A stretch of DNA of 64,000 nt. Origin: a virus. Its lineage: Duplodnaviria > Caudoviricetes. The notes beneath the pieces were generated by a model. That model worked only from the letters and a program-made list of their open reading frames with translations. It made no database searches and was not told the DNA's origin. A program made the position numbers and the translations under genes. Of the stretch, positions 45,231-57,700 are shown in pieces. The DNA is taken from IMG/VR virus record IMGVR_UViG_3300022919_000005, positions 755-64,754 of that record; one strand, 5' to 3'. Position 1 is the first letter of the stretch, and each line of letters begins with the position of its first letter.

Positions 45231-46314
45231 GCCGCTGCATGACGATCGGCACGAACTCGAGCGTGTCCAGATCGAAGTCCTGCCCGGCCGAGATCAGCTC
45301 GAAGGCGAAATAGCGCTCGCGCAGCCCCTTGCCCATGTGGACCTTGGTCGAGCGCATGTTGCGCGGGCTCGCGGCATAATCGTAGCGGTCGCCCTCCGCG
45401 GTGATGACCCGCAGGATGAAGTCGCCGTCCTTGCGCGTGGCGATGTAGGCGCCCTTCAGCCGCGACAGCAGCGTGCCGCCGAACTGCATGTAGCCGCTCT
45501 TGATCCGCGCGATGATGTCAGCGCCGTCGTCGTCGTCGCCCTGCAGCTCGAACAGCCCGGCGTCCGACGCGCCAAGATAGCGGTTGCCCATCCGCGCGAA
45601 GCTGTTGAACACGTAATCGTCGTATTCGGTGACCGCGCCGGTGCGCGTGTTCATCGCCCAGGTCGTGAAGCTGCCGTCCGGTGCGAGGTAGCCGGCCTCG
45701 ATCGAGACCCCCTCCACCATCGTGGGCTGGAACAGCATGCGCAGCTCGAACTCGGGATCGAGGTGGACGCCGTCCTCGAGCGCGACGTGGAGCAGCAGCT
45801 GCGGGGTCAGCTCGGCGCCCACCTCGAGCGTCTCGTCGATGCCGGCGATCGCCAGCATGCGTGCCAGCAGCGCCTCGTCGAGCCCCAGCGCCTCGGTGAC
45901 ATCGGCGCCGAAGAAGTTGCCCAGCGCCGTCGCCAGCCGGAAGCCCTGCGCGATCGCCAGCCGGTACGTGCCGTTGCCCGCCAGCGCCGATGTCATGCCC
46001 AGCCGCTCGGTCAGCTGCATCGCCAGCTGCAGCGCCTGGGTCTGCCCGATCGAGACGCCGTCCACCACGGCGACCTGCCGCGCCTGATACAGCGCCGAGA
46101 GCACGGCGAACGCGTCCGAGAGGAGCACCTGCCCGATCTCGTTGGCGACCAGCAGCGGCCGGATGCGCAAACGCTCGCGGAGGATCACCCCGTAGAGGGC
46201 GTCCAGTCGCGGCGAGATGCGGATGGCGTCGATGCTGCGCGCGCTCTGCGCCCTGACCGACGTATCGATCAGGGCGAGCTTGAGCTGTTCAACCAGTACG
46301 TCGTCGTGGATCAC
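45223..46314 (-). CDS. putative tail protein
   Basis: beta-rich C-terminus WAMNTRTGAVTEY...FNSF...GKG.R.RYF. Confidence 0.7.
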   Translation of the reverse strand: MIHDDVLVEQLKLALIDTSVRAQSARSIDAIRISPRLDALYGVILRERLRIRPLLVANEIGQVLLSDAFAVLSALYQARQVAVVDGVSIGQTQALQLAMQLTERLGMTSALAGNGTYRLAIAQGFRLATALGNFFGADVTEALGLDEALLARMLAIAGIDETLEVGAELTPQLLLHVALEDGVHLDPEFELRMLFQPTMVEGVSIEAGYLAPDGSFTTWAMNTRTGAVTEYDDYVFNSFARMGNRYLGASDAGLFELQGDDDDGADIIARIKSGYMQFGGTLLSRLKGAYIATRKDGDFILRVITAEGDRYDYAASPRNMRSTKVHMGKGLRERYFAFELISAGQDFDLDTLEFVPIVMQRRV

Positions 46315-46332
46315 TGCCGGCCCTTCCGGCGG

Positions 46333-46836
46333 TTAGACCGACGAAGCGTTGAAGGTGTAGGTGAGCAGCAGCTGATCGTCGTCGACCACCTGCTTGGGGC
46401 TGCCGAAGCGCGCGGCCGAGAGCAGGATGCCCGCAGTCGAGCTTTTGGCGCTGTTCGACACGAGGAACGCGCCGTAGATCGTCTTGGTCGCGTTCATCGT
46501 GAACGTCGCCTTGTTGGCGCTGTTCGTGATGCTCTGCGCCGACGCGGCTGCCTCGACATATTCCTGGCGCGTCGCCTCGTCGTAAGCCGTGCTCTCGGTG
46601 GAGGCGGCGGTGATCGTGGCGGCGGTGACGGTGGCGATCGGCGTGTAGTTCGCCTCGAACAGGCCCAGGAACCACGTTCCCACCTGCGAGCCCGAGTGGA
46701 ACACCGTGTTGAGGATGTGGTCGAGACCCTCGTTGGTGACGATATTCGTCACGTCCTCGCGGTCGATCACCTCGCCCCCGCGGATGTGTTCGATGTGGAA
46801 GCGACCGCCCACCTGTAGCCCGTTATCCATGCTCAA
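46333..46836 (-). CDS. putative tail/virion protein
   Basis: N.VTNEG...IYGAFL...L.SAARF pattern of phage tail-associated proteins. Confidence 0.7.
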   Translation of the reverse strand: MSMDNGLQVGGRFHIEHIRGGEVIDREDVTNIVTNEGLDHILNTVFHSGSQVGTWFLGLFEANYTPIATVTAATITAASTESTAYDEATRQEYVEAAASAQSITNSANKATFTMNATKTIYGAFLVSNSAKSSTAGILLSAARFGSPKQVVDDDQLLLTYTFNASSV

Positions 46837-47879
46837 CCCCTTTGCGAAGCGCGGATGATTTCGGCATCCACATAATCACCAATCCGCGTGTTCGCGCTGG
46901 GCCCGCCAGCACTATTCACGGCAGCGAGGTAGCTGTTAGCACCTTGGTCCTCGCGATACAACGCCGCTGCGCTGGTGCCGGCCGGGAACAGCGTGCGATC
47001 CTGCGTCAGGTTATAGACCTCGCCGCTATCGAGCCCCAGACAGATGCCGCCCGTCGTCATGAACAGCGGGGCCTCGCCCTCGGGGATCGGCGCGCTGCGG
47101 GCGCGCGGGTGGGCTTTCGATACCGGCACCACCACCGAGCTGCCCTTGATCACGCCGGTGTTGGCGACGACGTTCTGGCGCAGGCCGTCTGACAGCGTGC
47201 CGGACAGGAACAGCAGCTGCGCGGTGGTGCCCACGTAGAGCCCGTCGCCCACGGCCCGCACCATCGTGATGTCGTGCTCGGTCTGGATGAAGTTCTTGGT
47301 CCGGTCGATCAGGTCGTAAAGATACAGCTCGGTCGCCCAGAGCACGCGGCCGGCGCCGAGATAGATGCGCCCCTTGTAGGTTTCCAGCTCGGTCGCGTGC
47401 GGCGGCGCGGTCAGGTTGCGGCCGGCGATCGGCCCGAGCGTGTCGGTCGGCGTCACGACCGGCGAGACCCAGATACCATTGGCGTCCTCGGACCCCCAGC
47501 GCTCGAGCACGTTGTTGACGATCTTGCCGCTGAAGCTGCGGCTCGAGCAGTAGATCGTGGACGCGACGGCGGTGTAGCTGATCGGATCGTCGCCGACCTC
47601 CGCCAGCCCGACGAAGCTGTAGTCGGGGAACAGGAAGCCCAGCGTGCCCTCGCGCACCACGAGCGTCCGGTCCTCGAGCGTGAACAGGCTGTGATGCCGC
47701 GTGGATTTGCGCCGCACGAACCCGCGCCGGCGGCGCAGCTGGCCCACATCGTCGAGGTCGACGTTCACCGCGGCCTCGAGATCGGTGATGGCAAGGCGCT
47801 CGGCCGAGACGGTGTTCTTGATGCCGTTGAACGTGCCGAGCACGATCGACTGGGGAAGCTCGGGGGGTGCGCTCGCCAT
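46833..47879 (-). CDS. putative tail (nozzle/stabilisation-like) protein
   Basis: F.GI.N...A.NVD....G.L.RR.G N-terminal motif, beta-propeller-like; AAGGA RBS. Confidence 0.7.
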   Translation of the reverse strand: MASAPPELPQSIVLGTFNGIKNTVSAERLAITDLEAAVNVDLDDVGQLRRRRGFVRRKSTRHHSLFTLEDRTLVVREGTLGFLFPDYSFVGLAEVGDDPISYTAVASTIYCSSRSFSGKIVNNVLERWGSEDANGIWVSPVVTPTDTLGPIAGRNLTAPPHATELETYKGRIYLGAGRVLWATELYLYDLIDRTKNFIQTEHDITMVRAVGDGLYVGTTAQLLFLSGTLSDGLRQNVVANTGVIKGSSVVVPVSKAHPRARSAPIPEGEAPLFMTTGGICLGLDSGEVYNLTQDRTLFPAGTSAAALYREDQGANSYLAAVNSAGGPSANTRIGDYVDAEIIRASQRG

Positions 47880-48151
47880 TAGCGTTCCTTCAGGCGCAGC
47901 GGCCGGGTCCAATCGTCGATGCGGCCCTCGCTGCTGGTGATCCGGTTGGTGATCTGCACCACCTCGCCGGCCGCGCCGCCCCGCGCCCAGAACGTCGTGA
48001 AGCCGCCGTCGATCGACTCGTCGAACAGCTCGAGGGTCGCGCTCTCGAACAGGTAGATCGACGCGGTGATCGTCTCGCCGGACGACAGCCATGCAGACCA
48101 GTCGAACTGGAAATCCAGAACAGCGTTGGGGTCCTTCGATGTCCAGCTCAT
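47879..48151 (-). CDS. fiber-tail adaptor-like small protein
   Basis: KDP..VLD..FDW..WL..GETI motif. Confidence 0.7.
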   Translation of the reverse strand: MSWTSKDPNAVLDFQFDWSAWLSSGETITASIYLFESATLELFDESIDGGFTTFWARGGAAGEVVQITNRITSSEGRIDDWTRPLRLKER

Positions 48152-48161
48152 GTCAATCCCC

Positions 48162-49352
48162 CTAGCGCGTCCGTGCCGGAACTACCACGACCTTGGTGCG
48201 CGACGCAACGACCGCCACCCGGCCCGACGGCGGGTTCGGCAGCACGATCTCGACCTTGTCGCGCGCCGGCACTACCGTGACGCGATCGCCGGGCGCTTGG
48301 TGCCCCTGGTCGGCCATGACGCCCAGCGCGTTGCTCGTTGCCGCGCTGTAGCCGGCGAAGCGCCCCAGCGCCGTCATCACGCCGGCAGCCGTGCTCGATG
48401 CGACAGCGACGCCCCGCGCGCCGCCCAGCCCGGTCGATGCCCCCACCGCCGCGCTCGAGGCGCTGGCAATCCCGCGCGCCGCGCCGATCGCGGACATCCG
48501 GCCGATCGCCAGCGACAGAGCCGCGGCGGTGCCGATCGTATCCTTCCCGCCCGTCGCGCGGCCGATCGCCAGTGACGCGCCGATCGCGCGGCCCGCCGCC
48601 GGAGCCAGCGCGGCGCCGCGGCCGGTCACCGTGGAGGTCGCAGCAGCGCTGCCCGTCATGCCCTGGAACGCCACCCCCACGGCGATCGCGGTGGAGGTAG
48701 CGGCGGCGATCCCGCGGCCGGGGATCGCGATCAGGCTGTACGCCTGCGCGGTGCCGCGCGCCTGCCCGGTGCCGACGGCATTGCGGACGCGCGCGGCATA
48801 GCCGAACGCCACGCTGACAGCTTGCGCGACGCCCTGGCTGGCGAACACCGACTGCCCGCGCCCATACGCGATAGCTTCGCCGGACGCGCGGCCGACCGAC
48901 GCAGTCGGGACATAGCTGCCTGCGCCGATCGCTGTCGCGGCAGCCGCGGCGGTGCCGATCGATCCCAGCGTGCCAGTGCCCCGGCCGGTCGCCGCACCGA
49001 GCGCGCCGGCGAAGCCGTTGATCCCGATGATGCCGGTCGCTGCGCCGCTCGATCCTGCGGCGCTGGTGCCTGCGGCGGTGCCCACCATCGCGAGCGTCCC
49101 GATCGCGCCGCCCGCGCCGGTCGCCGTCGAGGTCGCGCTGGCCGTGCCGGCTGCGGGGCGGAACGTATCAGGGACGGCAATCGCGGTGCCGAGTGCCGAC
49201 GCGGTACCGATCACGCTGTTTATGCCGAGCGCGATCACGCGCCCGGTCGCTGTGGAGGTGGCTGCCGCCGCGCCCTGGCCCGACGTGGTCAGCCCCCGCT
49301 TGCGCGGGCCGTCACCGATCGGAGTGTCACTAAGCGGTCCAAAGCCGAGCAT
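48162..49352 (-). CDS. Gly/Ala/Thr-rich repetitive virion (fiber-like) protein
   Basis: MLGF.PLS..PI N-terminus; recurring G.AAA.S.A.G units. Confidence 0.75.
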   Translation of the reverse strand: MLGFGPLSDTPIGDGPRKRGLTTSGQGAAAATSTATGRVIALGINSVIGTASALGTAIAVPDTFRPAAGTASATSTATGAGGAIGTLAMVGTAAGTSAAGSSGAATGIIGINGFAGALGAATGRGTGTLGSIGTAAAAATAIGAGSYVPTASVGRASGEAIAYGRGQSVFASQGVAQAVSVAFGYAARVRNAVGTGQARGTAQAYSLIAIPGRGIAAATSTAIAVGVAFQGMTGSAAATSTVTGRGAALAPAAGRAIGASLAIGRATGGKDTIGTAAALSLAIGRMSAIGAARGIASASSAAVGASTGLGGARGVAVASSTAAGVMTALGRFAGYSAATSNALGVMADQGHQAPGDRVTVVPARDKVEIVLPNPPSGRVAVVASRTKVVVVPARTR

Positions 49353-49394
49353 CGTCGTTCCTTTACCGACTGCGCGGCATCAGCCAGCCGACCG

Positions 49395-50903
49395 TTAGCC
49401 GAATTTCATAAACATGAGGTTGCTGTACAGCTCCTCCGACCCGTCCGATACCTGCACGCCCAGCCCGTCGCCACCGGAATAGGCCACCACGTAGTATATC
49501 TGCAATTCGATGATCGCCGGCTCGAGCAGCGTGAAGAAACCTTCGACATGGCAATTCATCTGAATTGTGTCCGATGGCCACGACATGATGTTCGCGCCGT
49601 CCACGATGGTGATGCCGTGCGTGATGTCCCGAAGTCTGGCCCTTGTCTGCTGCGTCCGGTAGCAGGACGTCAGGGCCGAGACCGAATAGTCGCCAGGGGG
49701 CAGCGTGATCTGGTTGCCTGCAAGCGACGCGCCGGGGATCGTGTTCGTCTTGATCGTGTTGATGTCGCGTGTGCGCCAGCCGCCCGGCGAGTTCGCCGAA
49801 CCACCGCCTGTGCCGCTTGCCTTGCGATCTTGGAAATTGGCGTAGGTGATCCCCGTCCCACCGCCGCCGTTCGACCCTGCGATCCTGACGAGGACGCCGC
49901 CGCTGTCGTGGGCGGCATCCAGATCGGCCGATACAGCCGTGGGACTCGCCGATCCATTCTCGGTGAACAGCGTGAGCCGCCGCGGCGAGTTGGAGTTCGT
50001 CGTGCCGGCAGCCGTGGCCCGCTTTGTCGCGCCGGTGACGGGGAAGTCGAAATTGCTCTGTGCCAGCCCGAACATGCCGACGAGCAGGCTGTTGTCGCCG
50101 CCCGTACCGCTTAGGGTCAGCGGGTCGGCAGCGCTCTCCTGAAAGCTGGCCAGCACGGCAGGCAAGCCGTTGGCGTTCGCGATCTCGATGATGCCGACCT
50201 GCCCGCCGTTGGGGCCATACGAGAACGGCGTCTGCGCCGCGGTCTCGCCCGATCCGGCCACCTTGTACGCGACGAACAGGCCATCGCGCGCGACGCCATT
50301 GGTCGACAGGACCATCGCATAGCCATTGGACACGCCAGGGTTCGCGTTCCAGTGGAGCCCCATAGCGATCAGGAGGTTGCCTGCCGTGGGGGCGAACGGC
50401 AAGGTCACCGTGCCGCTGGCGTTCGCTACGATCGCTGCGCTCTGAACATGCGTCGGCGTGACCGCCACCGCCGCGCCGCCCGCGTCGATCCAGTCGACAT
50501 CCCCGTCATCCGCCGAGACCTTGCCGAGCACCTGTCCGGCGTCGCCGCCGGGCGGGAGCGCCGCGCCGCCGCTCGTCAGCGCCTCGATGGTGGACGCGCC
50601 GAGCGTGTTATAGACCTGCGTGAGCCCGACAGGGAAATTGACCGCGGCGTTGCCGTTCGACGACGCGATCACCGTGGTGCGCGTCAGCGTGTTGGCCGAG
50701 CTGTAGACACCGACGCCGGTCTCCCAGTTGGCGGTGGGGCGCCCGTCACCATCGACGCCCTGGATCGTGTAATCGACCTGATCGCCGACCGTGAACGCGC
50801 TGGAAAAGCGCCGATACCCCTGCACCGCGCCGGTGAGCGCAAAGGGGCCAGTTCCACTGCTCGTGCTGGCCTCGAGCACGCGATCCGCAAAAACCTTAGC
50901 CAC
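49395..50903 (-). CDS. tail fiber / receptor-binding protein
   Basis: ADRV.E...GTG...WE.G.G N-terminal domain, LP.GG..GQVL.K linker, beta-sandwich-like C-terminal modules. Confidence 0.75.
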   Translation of the reverse strand: MAKVFADRVLEASTSSGTGPFALTGAVQGYRRFSSAFTVGDQVDYTIQGVDGDGRPTANWETGVGVYSSANTLTRTTVIASSNGNAAVNFPVGLTQVYNTLGASTIEALTSGGAALPPGGDAGQVLGKVSADDGDVDWIDAGGAAVAVTPTHVQSAAIVANASGTVTLPFAPTAGNLLIAMGLHWNANPGVSNGYAMVLSTNGVARDGLFVAYKVAGSGETAAQTPFSYGPNGGQVGIIEIANANGLPAVLASFQESAADPLTLSGTGGDNSLLVGMFGLAQSNFDFPVTGATKRATAAGTTNSNSPRRLTLFTENGSASPTAVSADLDAAHDSGGVLVRIAGSNGGGGTGITYANFQDRKASGTGGGSANSPGGWRTRDINTIKTNTIPGASLAGNQITLPPGDYSVSALTSCYRTQQTRARLRDITHGITIVDGANIMSWPSDTIQMNCHVEGFFTLLEPAIIELQIYYVVAYSGGDGLGVQVSDGSEELYSNLMFMKFG

Positions 50904-51342
50904 GCGCGCTTCTCCCAAACAACGCCTTCAGCGTGCGATCCCGCGCCTCGCCCATCCGCGCGCGCACGAACGGCACTGCCGTCTCGCTATTGGCGTAGCA
51001 GTCCTCGACCGCGTCCGACATGGATTTCTGCAGCTCGGCGGCAGCCGGCGCCAGGATGCTCGACTTGAACGACACTGCGATGCCCACCGCCTCGACGATC
51101 TTGGGGAGCATGTCACCCGGCAGCTGCGACGGCAGCCCGCGCTCGGTGAGCCAGCGGTGGGAGTAGAGCTGGGCCGAGACCGGGATGCTGCGCGTCGCGG
51201 TGCGCGCCATGTGCATCGTGATCTCGGCGTCCTCGAGCGACTTGGGCTGCGGCAGGTGAGGAGCAACCCGCCCCCACGCCCGCCACAGCCCGCCTGCATC
51301 GCCGTCCTCGAGCAGCTGCCGGAACTCGGCGGTGCCCTGCAT
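50896..51342 (-). CDS. hypothetical protein
   Basis: 148 aa, TGATG coupling. Confidence 0.65.
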   Translation of the reverse strand: MQGTAEFRQLLEDGDAGGLWRAWGRVAPHLPQPKSLEDAEITMHMARTATRSIPVSAQLYSHRWLTERGLPSQLPGDMLPKIVEAVGIAVSFKSSILAPAAAELQKSMSDAVEDCYANSETAVPFVRARMGEARDRTLKALFGRSARG

Positions 51343-51770
51343 CAGTCGAGCGTGAGCGTCGTTGCCGTGGTGAGGCGCGGCGTCACGCCGTTACCTGCCA
51401 CGACGTTGGGCGTTACCACGCCGCTCATGTGGATCGCCGCGGCGCCGCCGCCCGTCTTGCCGGTCGAGAAGTGCGTGATCGTGCCCGCGCCGCCGGTGCC
51501 TGCCGGGAAGTCGACGTTCGCCGCCGGCGAGACCGAGTTGTTGGTGACCGTCCAGCCGACGTTCGTGCGCGCGACGCTGACGCGGGCGTAGCTGGTGTAC
51601 GCGACCTCGCTGGTCGACATCGTGCCGGACTCGCCGGGATCGGCCGTGTGCAGCGCGACGGCGATATTTGCCTGGGGCGCAGCCGCGGCATTGTCCGCCA
51701 TGTTGGCCCATGCAGTGGCGTTGAAGATCAACGCGAGAATGGCGTTTTCTGCCGTGTCCGAAAAAGACAT
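51342..51770 (-). CDS. tail-associated protein
   Basis: VALHTADPG...EV.Y..YAR...FP...ITHF motif. Confidence 0.75.
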   Translation of the reverse strand: MSFSDTAENAILALIFNATAWANMADNAAAAPQANIAVALHTADPGESGTMSTSEVAYTSYARVSVARTNVGWTVTNNSVSPAANVDFPAGTGGAGTITHFSTGKTGGGAAAIHMSGVVTPNVVAGNGVTPRLTTATTLTLD

Positions 51771-51785
51771 GCCCCAAGCTCCCTA

Positions 51786-54700
51786 TCAGTATCCGAAGTT
51801 GGCATAGCCCGTAAGGGCGCGGCCGGCAATGTCCTTCGCCTTGACCCCCAGCGGCGTGCTCGTTGCGCGCGCCGTCGCGGTCGTCGTCGCCTGCCGCTTC
51901 AGCGCGCCCGGCACGCTCGGCAGCACGGCGAAGGCCGGGTTGTCCTGATCGAACTTCTGCGCGTCCGCCACCAGCTCGCGGGCGCGCTCGGTGTCGCCGG
52001 TGCGCAGCGCCTTGACGATCCCCGACCGCAGGACGTTCGCCTCGCGCGTGATGACCACCCGGCGGCTCGCCTGATCGCCGCGCGCCTCGCTGTATTCCGC
52101 CTTCTCGGACGGGTTGAAGCCAAGCAGCTGCCACAGGATCGAGCTGGCCTTGGGCGTGATCGGCAGCTTGGTGCCCTTGGTGTCGACATAGCCCTGGGTC
52201 GTCATGCGGTACGCCTCGGTGGGACCCTTGAACGCGACCGGCAGGAACGCCTTCATGCCCCCCACGACATCGCCGCGGCCGAACGCTTCCCCGCCATCGG
52301 CGAGGTTGAGCAGCATGTCCGGCGATGCGCCGGCGCTGCGCCCGAGCGTGGCCTGCACCGCTTCGCGCCACGAGCGCTTGTCGCCCAGCAGCTGCGAAAA
52401 GGGCAGCAGATCGGCCTCGCCCACGCGGCTCGAGATGTCGAAGCCGGCGGCGCGCGGCAGCCCGCGAGCGACCACCTCGGCGACATCCTTGCCCAGGACG
52501 TCCGCCAGGAAGCCGCGCCAGCTGGCCGTCGCGTCATAGGGATCGTCGTCGTTGTCGGCCGTGTCGACCAGCTTACCGATCGCCGTCGCGAACACCGACG
52601 CGAAGGGCAGCCCCAGCGTGCCGGCGAGCCCGGTGATCGCGGTCAGGTGCCCGAGCAGATAGGTGCGGCTCTCCTGCCGGCGCTGCGTCGCGCTCTCGGT
52701 GCTCTCCCCGGCGCGCGGCGCGGCGATCGCGTTGCCGACCTCGGAAAACAGCTTCTCGGTCATCTGCGCCGAATAGGTCATGAACTGGGTCAGCAGCGGC
52801 GTCACCGGGCCGGCGAAGCCCTGCTTGCCCATCTGGCGCGCGGTATTCCAGCTCTGATAGTCGAACATCGAGTTGGACACGACATTCTGGGCGTATTTGG
52901 CGCTCTCCTGCACGTTTTCCCCACCGTGCAGATCGGCAGCCGCCAGCGACGTGATCAGGCGGCTGGCGGTCTCCGTGTACATGCCGATCGCCGACGCGTA
53001 CTTCAGCGCGACGTCGGTGCCCTTGCGCAGCTTGCCGCCGCCGCCGTTGTTGCGCGCGACCGCCTCGAGCGCGAACGCCGACGCGCCGATGTCGAGCGAG
53101 CCGGTGGCGATCATGTGGCGCAGGAACCCGGTCTCGCGCGGCGACAGCCCTGCCTTGGTCAGCACGTTTTCGGTCAGCGTGATGTCGGCGGCGTGCTTCC
53201 ACCCCTGCGCGCGGGCCTCCGATGCGGCTGCCTTCAGGATCGCAAACGCCTTGGGCGTCGCCCGGCGGACGGCATGGAACGACTTGGCATAGCCGTTCTT
53301 CTTCGCCAGCTCGGGGATGCCGTTGGTGCCGACCTGCATCAGCTGGATCATGCCGTAGGCGGGCGAGAAGCCCAGGAAATAGGCGTGGCCGAACGCGCGC
53401 AGCCGGTCGAACCCGGTGGCGTTTTCGTTGAGCGGGTTGCGCGCCTCGCGCTTCTTGATCTCGGTCAGCAGGTCAGCCGCCAGATAGGCGTCCTGATCGT
53501 TGCCGGCGACGCGCGCCTCGGCGACCTGGGCCCGCATCTCCATGTGTGAGTTGGTCAGCTTGGCAGCCTGCGACATGCCGGCGATCGCGTTCGAGCCCAC
53601 GTTCCAGCGGTGGGCGAAGTTGCGCGTCATGTCGGGGTCGAAGCCGGGGATCGTGTAACGCGCTGTCAGGACCTTGCTCACCGAGCTGTCCGGCATGCTG
53701 GCGATCCACGTATCGCGCGCGATCTGCACCGCGGTGTCGCGCTGTGCGGCGAGCGCCGACTTCTCGGCCTGGGTCATCTCGGGCTCGGGCACATAGCGCG
53801 GATCGTTTTCGATCGCCTGGATGTAGCTGCGCACATAGCTCGGCATGCTGTCGCCGGTGCCGAAGTTGTCCGCGCGCTCACGCGGCCCGGCCTCGATCTT
53901 GCTGTCGGCGTCGAGCCAGCCCTGCTGCTTGAGCCCGAGCATGAGCTGCTCGAAGGCGCGGGTCTGCTGCACCGTCTCGAAGCGGATCGAGAGCTTCGGC
54001 CGGCGGTTGTCCGCCGAAATCTCGGCGTTGCGGAAGCCGGCAGCCTCGAGCGCCTCGGCGACGTGCCGCTGCGCGACCGGGTCTACTGTGCCATCGTCGA
54101 GCTTGCGGATCGTCGCCGCCCCGTAATTGTCGCCGAAGCGGCCGAGATGGAAATACGGCGCGCGCGCCATGCCCTTCAGCGACTCATAGGTCGCCGCGAT
54201 CTTCGCCTCGATCGGCGCGATGTGCTGCAGGAGCCCGCGCTGCTCGCTCGGCGTGCCCACCTCGGCCTCGCCCTTCTTCTGGTTGACGAACGCGGTGATC
54301 GCCTTGAGCTGGTCCTGCACTGCGCCCTGCCAGTAAGCGTGCGTCTCCTCGGCGGTCGACAGGTTCGGCAGCGTCATGAACACGTCGGCCGGGTTGACGC
54401 TGGCGCCCTCGACGCCGAGCGCGAACTCGCGATCGACCGCAACAATGTGGTGCAGCTCGGTCGCCATGCGGGCGTAATTGAGCGTCTCGTTGCGCCGGCG
54501 GAACTCGTTGAACATCTTGATCCCCGCGCCGTCGCCGCGCGAGAGATCGTTCTTCATCTTGACCAGCTCGCCGTGCAGCCGCTTCAGCGCCGGCAGGTTC
54601 GGATCATCCTTCAGGTGCTCGTGATCGTCGAACGCCTTGTCGGGGTCGAGCTGGAACTGGGTGGTCGACAGCATGAGCTGGTTGACCATGTTCGCCGCCT

Positions 54701-57700
54701 TCGGGTTCGCGCGCTCGAGCTGCTCGAAGTTCTGCACCGCCTGGGCGCCCATCGTGGCCATGCGCCCGCGCACAGCGTCCTGCTGGCGCTGGGCGTTCGA
54801 GTTGTCGACCATCGCCGGCAGGATGTTGCCGAACGCGCGATCGAGGTCGTTGCGGCTGCGCCAGCCGAGCAGCACGCGGCGCACGCCCACGGCCTTGTCG
54901 GCGAGGTTGATCCCCGTCGCCGCGCGCTCCGCCAGATCGGCAGCCGCGATCGTGGCGGTGTTGGCGTCCATGACCGAGCGCGCGCCGGAGCCCGACGCCG
55001 CGGGGGCCTCGAGCGTGGCGGTCGCGTCGGCGTCGGGATCGTTGCGGGCATAGGCCGGGGCCAGCTCGCGCGCATCGAGCGCCAGGACCTGCTCGGACAC
55101 GCGCAGCAGCTCGGTGAGCGCGGTGTCCTGCTTCGGGTCGAGCCCCAGCAGATTGCGCATCACCTCGACGAAACGGCTGAACACCGACTGCTTCGGCTTG
55201 TACGCGATCGTCTGCAGGTAGCGCTGCATCTCGGGGTTCGTCAGCCCCCACGCCAGCACCTCGTCGACATTGGCGAGCGAGTTGGTCTGGCGCTCGTAAT
55301 ACTGCTGCTCGAACGCCGACAGGTTGCCGGCCGCGGCGCGCGCGTTGAAGTGCTGCACGATCGCGTTGCGCAGATCGGTCATGTCCTTGCGTGCCTGACC
55401 GAGCTTGGTGTCCGCGCTCCGCACGAACTGCCCCTCATTCATGACGCGCATGGTCACCGCGTGGAGCATCTCGTGCGCCACCAGCTGGTAGTTGACGCCC
55501 TGGCTCTCACCCATCGCCGTGCCCTTGACGTAGACCGTCGTCGTGTTCGGGTCATAGCGGAACACCGTCAGCGCCTTCACGCCGGGGTTGTTGAGCCGGA
55601 TCGGCACGGAGTCGCCCGGCCGCACGACCTTGAACTCGAAGCGGTGCCCGTTCGCCTCGATCTGCTTCGCCAGCGCCATGACGCGGGTCATGACCTCGCG
55701 GGTCGCCGGGCTGGGTGCGTTGGCCGCGACGAAATCGCCGGCCTCGGCGAAGCTCTTGCCGTCGAGCCCGGCCTCGAGCGCGGGATCGGCATGGCCGAAC
55801 ACGCCGAGCGCCTGGGCCTCGGTGACCTCCTGCGACTGCTTGCCCCGCCAGAAATCCTTGCGGTACTGCGCAGCGCGGCGGTCATCCATGCCGCGCCCGG
55901 CCGCGAAGCCGTCGCGCGTCGTCGGCAGGTCCATCTTGAGCAGGCGCTCGAGCACGCTGGTGTCGTAAGCGGCGTGGGCGATCCCGCCGAACTTCGACAT
56001 GAGCAGCGCCACGCGGCTGACCTCGCCGGCGTCGAGCATCTCGTGGAACTTGGCTGCGCGCGCCGCCGTGATCCCACCGTCCTCGAGCGTCTGATCGATC
56101 AGGTTGCGCAGCTCGTATGCGCGCACGGCCTCGGCGTTCCGGCGGCGGCTCTCCGTCTTGGTCGGCCCGCGCTCGGGGGTGTTCATCTCGCGGAAGATCG
56201 GCTGCCCGCGCACCGGCAGGGGCGAGAGCACGCGCTCGGGGCTCGGGGTCTGGCGGAACAGCGTCTTGCCGCCCTGCGCGTCCGCGAGCGCCTGCCCGAC
56301 CTCCGCCGCCGGCGCACCGTCGCGGATCATGCGGCGGAGCATCGAGACGTCGGTGTCCTTGACGTTCGACAGGTCGACCGTGTCGAGCAGGGAGTTGAGC
56401 CCCTGCTGCTGAATTTGCCCTGGCGACAGCTCGGTGCGCGCGACCGATGCGCGGTCCACAGCCACGCCGGTGCGGCGCGCGTCGATCCGTGCCTGCGCTG
56501 CCTGCGCGCCGGCGCCGTTAGCGGTCGTCTCATTCTCGACGACGTTGCGCGCCCACGCCTTGCCGGCGGCATGCGCGGCGAGGTCCTCGAAGCTGGTGTA
56601 TGTCGCGGCGGGTCCGCCGATCTGCTCGTTGACGCCCGCCTGGAACGCAGCGGTCCCGGCAGCGGCATAGCCCTGCTCGACAGCGGCCTGCTGCACATCG
56701 GCCGCGCCCTCGGGGGTGCGCAGGAACGTCGCGCGGCCGAGCGGCGTGATGTCCATCGCGTCGTTGTCGGTGACCAGCCCCATCGTGCGCGCGAGCTTTT
56801 CGTTCTGCGACACAGCCGCGTTCGAGGTGTCGGTCGCGATCGCGCGGAACACCGTCGCCTGGGCCTGTTGCAGGTTGGCGGGCGTGAACGCCAGCGCGGC
56901 GCCGGAGCGGTTGCGCGTGATCCCCGCGGCCTTCTTCAGCTCCTCCCACTGCTGGGCGAACGCCGGATCGTTGGCTGCCGGCGCGGTCTCCACGACGTCG
57001 GGTGCGACCGCTTCTGTCGTGCTCGTGGCGACCGGGACCGGCGCGGGCGCGACCGGCGCGGAGGGCGCCGCGGCCTCCGCCTGAAGCGCGGTGAGGCGCT
57101 CCTGCTCGATCGTGTTGGACTTCGCCGTCGGCTCGAGCGCGTCGTCGAGCAGGCCCAGCCGCTGTGCCAGCTTGGTGACATTCGAGGCGGTGTTCTGGTT
57201 CACGAACACCTCGTCGTAGACCTTGGTCACCAGCTCCTGCGGGCTCGTCGCGGTGAGCTTCTGGGTGAAGCTGCCGCGGATGCCGTCCTTCAGCTCGGTC
57301 AGGCGCTGCTGGAAATCGCCGGTCGGCGCGATGTCGCCGGCGGCTTCCTGATAGCGCGTGGCGATCTCCTCGTCGGCAGCCGCCTTGACCTCGGGCGACG
57401 CGTCCTTGGCCTTCGAGGCTGCCTGCAGCTCGGCGAGGGGATCGTCGTTGAACAGGCGCAGCGCGGGCGCCGCGACCGGGGTCGCCAGATCGCCGCCGGG
57501 GACCATGCCCTGCTGCGCCGCGGCGATCGCCGTCGGGCTCGCGCCAGTGAGGTCCAGACGCGGCTGTGCGCCGGCGAAGGGCACGCCGGCGGGCACGGCG
57601 CCCCGGAGCGCGGCCTCGGCCTCGGGGCTGACCTGGGTGCCGATCGCGGGCAGGTCCACCGGCGACAGGTTGTCGGTGAAGCGCTGACCCAGCTCGAGCT